Positions 58,611 to 64,000 of a DNA stretch of 64,000 nt are shown piece after piece; position 1 is the first letter of the stretch; each line of letters starts with the position of its first letter. The stretch is from the NCBI RefSeq assembly GCF_046119375.1, contig NW_027362767.1, positions 90,024,001 through 90,088,000 on the forward strand, written 5' to 3'. Position numbers and translations under genes: made by a program. Below the pieces are notes generated by a model. The model searched no databases, had not been told where the DNA came from, and saw only the letters and a program-made list of their open reading frames with translations. The DNA comes from Phyllobates terribilis (lineage: Eukaryota).

Positions 58611-60755
58611 ATGGACCCTCAGGACTGTAACTGCTCAGCAGGTAAGAAGGGGATTGCACTGGACCTGTTACATGTAGTAGTGCTGAGTGCGTTAATTAGT
58701 TGTTTTCTTAGATGTTCCTCTGGTTTAATGTAGGACTGCGTGCTCTTCTATTCAGAGAAACAATATAATGTGTTGGACAGGAGGAAATGATCCCATTCCA
58801 TTTAAAAAATCATCTTCACCATCAGATTCCATATAGTGACTTTTACTAAACGCTGGATGGAAACAAGGACGCAGCGCTGGCCATATGTGATACCTGCCTT
58901 AATGGAAATATTTGGGCCAACTTGTTAAACACTTAGGGCAAAGACAATACAATAGGAGATAATTCTTACTACAATCAGAACAAGTTGGAAATATAAAATG
59001 ATGTCGATTGCAGTAAAATATCTTTACATTAACGTGATTTAAAGACAAATGATACAATGTGAGAATGTTCTTCTATCCTTGTGTTCTTCTTACTCTGCCT
59101 AATGGGATGTATTCACACAGTGCAGCTGGCGCTGATGTACATAGCGGTACAAGCATGTCTGCAGGAGCTGACAATAGTGTATACTGTGAGGAGGACATTG
59201 GAAAGAAATCCATGGTGTATGATGGTGACTGAATGTACTGAATATTCTGCTCCATGATAAAATTCCTGCTTCTCTTAGGTGCTTCTTGTACCTGCAGAGA
59301 ATCCTGCAAATGTAAGAACTGCAAGTGTACAACATGCAAAAAAAGTGAGTATACAGGAGCTATAGATAGAAATACATAGCATCTCTAGCCAGACTTTATA
59401 CACTGTATTGTTTATGTAGTTTAAACCTTATTGATTTATATAAAATAAATCTGTCATCTTTAACTTCAGGCCTTTTAGAGATCATTTCATCTTCAACTTG
59501 CTTAACTGTTTAGAATAACAGTAATTTTGACCAGGGGTGCCCAAACTTTTACATGCCACTGTCATAGTATTATTATTAATAGCATTATTATTATTGCTTT
59601 TATAGGGTTTCATTATTCATTATATTATTATCATCATTAGTAAAAAAATAAACTGAAAATACTGAAAAAAATATTAAGAAAAGTAAAATAAAAGCTTCAA
59701 ATTCATGCTATGATATTGGGCCCTAAAACCTATCTTACTGTATATACCTCAAGTAAATTTGATGCTGGCACTAATAAAGGATATGTGATGAAGGATAATT
59801 GTAAATAACTGTGAAACATATTTAATAATGGTGAGCTTAAGGCCGGGTTCACACGAGCGTATTTTACGGTCCTTGTATGGATGGCAATTATCAGACTAAA
59901 CTGCAGATCTGCTGACCCGAACTTACTGACTGATAGACACATATGAAGCTTTAAAGGGAATCTGTCAGCAGGTTTTTGCTATGTAATCTGAAGACAGCAT
60001 GAGTTAGGGGTTAAAACACAGATTTCAGTGATGCCTCTCTTATCAGGCTAGCAATTTTGTTTGCTTGCAATGATGGTTTTAGCACCAGGAGCTGGGACAC
60101 AGCATGCGCATGCTAGACCGACACGCCCCCTCCTATGATAGGCAGCTCACTGTCTATGGACATTGTATATACCAAGCCTGGTGTGGGCGGGGTTAGCTTC
60201 CTCAGCTCTGCTGTATTGCTAAATCTAAAAACTCTGATTTTGTCAGAACGGCTGCACCCAGTAAAGTAAGTGATACATCATCGGATTCAGCTTCTCTTTG
60301 CCTACATCAAGCCACTCTTGGATGAGGTAGCAAAAATCCACTGACAAATTCCCTTTAAGCTTGAGTCTGGAGACCCGTCGCCAGACCAGGCATTGTGGTT
60401 CGTATATGGACTGTGAAATACGCTCTTGGGTATTCCTGCCACACATACTCCCAGACGCAGCATCTAGGTACAGAATTAATGTGGAGGTAATTTATCATGA
60501 GCTGCGGCTTCCTATATTCACTTCCATGGAAACAGGCGAGGTTATATATCCTGTGGATTGGAAATTAATGCTCACGATTGTCAATGTGCTTACTAGAAAT
60601 CAAAATGTTGTATCTCTACAATCTCTGTATACAGCAGTCTTCTCACCAGTGTCTCCTCCCCAGGCTGCTGCTCCTGCTGTCCGGCTGAGTGCAGTAAGTG
60701 CAGCCAGGGCTGTGAGTGCAGCGATGGATGTGACACCTGCAGCTGCTGCAAGTGA
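58611..60755 (+). CDS. MT: Metallothionein, paralog 2 (62 aa)
   Basis: Exons 58611-58641, 59279-59344 and 60664-60755, all GT-AG, give [62 protein letters not shown]; AATAAA at 61017-61022. Confidence 0.97.
59950..60359. mobile_element. TTAA-flanked MITE in intron 2 of MT paralog 2
   Basis: TTAAAGGGAATCTGTCAG ... CTGACAAATTCCCTTTAA. Confidence 0.75.
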
Positions 60756-61389
60756 TCGGCGCTACACGAGGGACCACCAAGGAGTCTGTTATATCTGCTC
60801 TATGTACAATGTGACCCGGGCTCCAGTGATTGCCATGTGTGCAGTATATGTGTAATACATGCTGATGATGTAACTGCTCTTCTAATGTAAAGTATAGATT
60901 TCCTGTACCTGCCATACTGTATAATGCTGCCCTGCTACACTTCTCACTTATGTTCCTCCTTATCTGTACACAATCTTATATTATTTCTGTATATCAAAGT
61001 CTTTTTCTATTCCACCAATAAAGAAGCCAATAAAAATATATTAATTGTTATCAAAAAGATCAAGTCTTGTAAGATGTTTAATCACTCTATACTGATCCTC
61101 ATCTATATAATGTAACAGCAGTAACTGTGTCCACCATGTGCTAATTATCCATGGCCGGCGTCTGCACCCGGCACACCCTCTTGCTCAGGGCCCCAGCATA
61201 GGGGTGGCTGTCCTGCAGCTCCGTCGTCTCCTGCCACTGTGACGTGTCAGGGCAGAGGGTGCGATGACGTCACTACAGCACGCCTTCTGCTCTGAGCGTC
61301 ACAGTGCAGCGACTGAGCCAGATGACGGTGACGCTGGAGTCCTGACCTGACGCAGCAAGGAGAGGGGAGTATTTGATTTTTTTTTCTTT

Positions 61390-63757
61390 TATGTATGGAG
61401 CTATATATGGGGCCTATACTGCATGGAGCTATATATGGGGTCCATTTATCTGTATAGAGCATTATATGGGGTCCATTATTCCGTATGCAGCATTATATGG
61501 GGCCCATTATTCTGTATGGAGCTATATATGGGACCCTTACTGTATGGAGTGTTATATGGGGTCCATTATTCTGTTTTGAGCATTATATGAGGCCCATTAT
61601 TCTGTATAGAGCATTATATGGGGCCCATTATTTTGTATGGAGCTATATATGGGGCCCATTATTCTGTATGGAGCATTATATGGGATCCATTATTCTGTAT
61701 GGAGCTATATATGGGTCCCATTATTCTGTATGGAGCATTATATGGGATCCATTATTCTGTATAGAGCATTATATGGGGTCCATTATTCCGTATGCAGCAT
61801 TATATGGGGCCCATTATTTTGTATGGAGCATTATATGGGGCCCATTATTCTGTATGGAGCTATATATGGGTCCCATTATTCTGTATGGAGCATTATATGG
61901 GATCCATTATTCTGTATAGAGCATTATATGGGGTCCATTATTCCGTATGCAGCATTATATGGGGCCCATTATTCTGTATGGAGCTATATATGGGGCCCTT
62001 ACTGTATGGAGTGCTATATGGGGTCCATTATTCTGTTTTGAGCATTATATGAGGCCCATTATTCTGTATGGAGCATTATATGGGGCCCATTATTTTGTAT
62101 GGAGCATTATATGGGGCCCAATATTCTGTATGGAGCTATATATGGGGCCCATTATTTTGTATGGAGCATTATATGGGGCCCATTATTCTGTATGGAGCTA
62201 TATATGGGGCCCTTACTGTATGGAGTGTTATATGGGGTTCATTGTTCTGTTTTGAGCATTATATGAGGCCCATTATTCTGTATGGAGCATTATATGGGGC
62301 CCATTATTTTGTATGGAGCATTATATGGGGCCCATTGTTCTGTATGGAGCTATATATGGGGCCCATTATTCTGTATGGAGCATTATATGGGGTCCATTAT
62401 TCTGTATAGAGCATAATATGGGGTCCATTATTCCGTATGCAGCATTATATGGGGCTCATTCTTCTGTATAGAGCTATATATGGGGCCCTTACTGTATGGA
62501 GTGCTATATGGGGTCCATTATTCTGTTTTGAGCATTATATGAGGCCTATTATTGTGTACGGAGCATTATATGGGGCCCATTATTTTGTATGGAGCATTAT
62601 ATGGGGCCCATTATTCAGTATGGAGCTATATAGGGGGCCCATTATTTTGTATGGAGCATTATATGGGGCCCATTATTCTGTATGGAGCTATATATGGGGT
62701 CCATTATTTTATATGGAGCGTTATATGGGGCCCATTATTCTGTATGGAGCTATATATGGGGCCCATACTGTATGGAACGCTATATGGGGTCCATTATTCT
62801 GTATATTATTATTATTTATTGTTATAGCGCCATTCCTTCCATGGCGCTTTACATGTGAAAGGGATATACATAGCACAAACAGTTACAATAAATTTGAACA
62901 ATACAAGTTGGCGACTGGTACAGGAGGAGCGAGGACCGTGCCCACGAGGGCTCACAGCCTACAAGGGATGGGCGAGGATATAGTAGGTGGGGGTATAGAG
63001 CATTATATGAGGCCCATTATTCTGTATGAAGCATTATATGGGGCTCATTATTCTGTATGAAGCATTATATGGGGCTCATTATACTGTATGGAGCATTATA
63101 TGGGGATCATTATTCTGTATGGAGGACTATGTGGTGCCCATAATACTGTATGGAGGACTATGTGGTGGCCATAATACTGTATGGAGCACTATGTGGGGCC
63201 ATTATATTGTATGGAGAATTATATGGGGATCATTATTCTGTATATTATTATTTATTATTATAGCGCCATTCCTTCCATGGCGCTTTACATGTGCAAGGGA
63301 TATACATAGCACAAACAATTACAATAAATTTGAACAATACATGCCGGCGACTAGTACAGGAGGAGCGAGGACCCAGCCCGCGAGGGCTCACCATCTACAA
63401 GGGATGGACGAGGATACAGTAGGTGGGTGTATAGAGCATTATATGAGGCCCATTATTCTGTATGACGCATTATATGGGGCTAATTATACTGTATGGAGCA
63501 TTATTTGGGGATCATTATTCTTTATGGAGGACTATGTGGTGCCCATTATACTATATGGAAGAATATGTGGTGCCCATAATACGGTATGGAGGACTATGTG
63601 GTGGCCATAATACTGTATGGAGGACTATGTGGTGGCCATAATACTGTATGAAGGACTATGTGGGCCCATTATACTGTATGGAGGATTAGATGGGGATCAT
63701 TATTCTGTATGGAGGACTGTGTAGTGCCCATAATACTGTATGGAGGACTATGTGGTG
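61390..63757. repeat. 31-32-bp satellite with two embedded LINE-tail segments
   Basis: Unit TATTCTGTATGGAGCATTATATGGGGCCCAT; non-satellite inserts at about 62800-63000 and 63240-63432. Confidence 0.92.
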
Positions 63758-64000
63758 AGAATAGGGATGTTCAGGCTGGGTGTGATGAGATGTACAGCAC
63801 CATGGAATCAATGGTGCTCTCAAAATAAATAATATTAATATTATATTACTACTTTTTATTTTTAATACAGATGGAAGCATTTTCTCAGCTCTGCCAGTAG
63901 GTGTCAGTAGCACTCAGTGTAACAGCATCACGGAAAGATCGGGAGACAGAAAAGCAGAATCTGGGGAAATAGTGGAAAAGTGCAAATACATGGATGGATG

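Noticed and set aside
60361-60855. 164-aa ORF and its twin at 50733-50996 sharing [14 protein letters not shown]...
   Set aside because: Alternative-frame shadows of MT exon 3 and its flanks.
61485-63610. Tyr/Gly-rich ORFs resembling keratin-associated proteins
   Set aside because: Products of a 31-bp non-triplet satellite; all three frames look alike.

Overview
This is vertebrate genomic DNA, almost certainly from an anuran (frog), judged by the repeat content and the Xenopus-like proteins. It is not prokaryotic and has no CRISPR. Five spliced protein-coding genes were reconstructed by hand from GT-AG exons. (1) The 5' three coding exons of an uncharacterised gene on the minus strand (90-7481, running off the left edge); the ORF track misses most of it. 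(2) A complete 15-coding-exon SRP54 (15943-25681, 504 aa), apparently head-to-head with gene 1. (3) A two-exon LRRC14B or LRRC14B-like gene (31737-37212). (4,5) Two divergently transcribed three-exon metallothionein paralogs (50833-54950 minus; 58611-60755 plus), each 62 aa with 21 Cys. The rest is a dense patchwork of repeats: Tc1 elements (DD34E, and DD38E/Intruder-type), a CR1 LINE, Penelope-like pieces, two solo LTRs with exact target-site duplications, many MITEs and six tandem arrays. There is a 167-N gap at 44772-44938. The most striking observation is a 49-bp minisatellite between the two MT promoters that carries 25 intact metal-response-element cores (TGCACTC) and is followed by further MREs; it is a candidate repeat-built shared MTF-1 enhancer. 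Also notable are a 216-bp perfect-identity tract between the MT paralogs that looks like gene conversion, and the unexpected SRP54-LRRC14B-MT neighbourhood.
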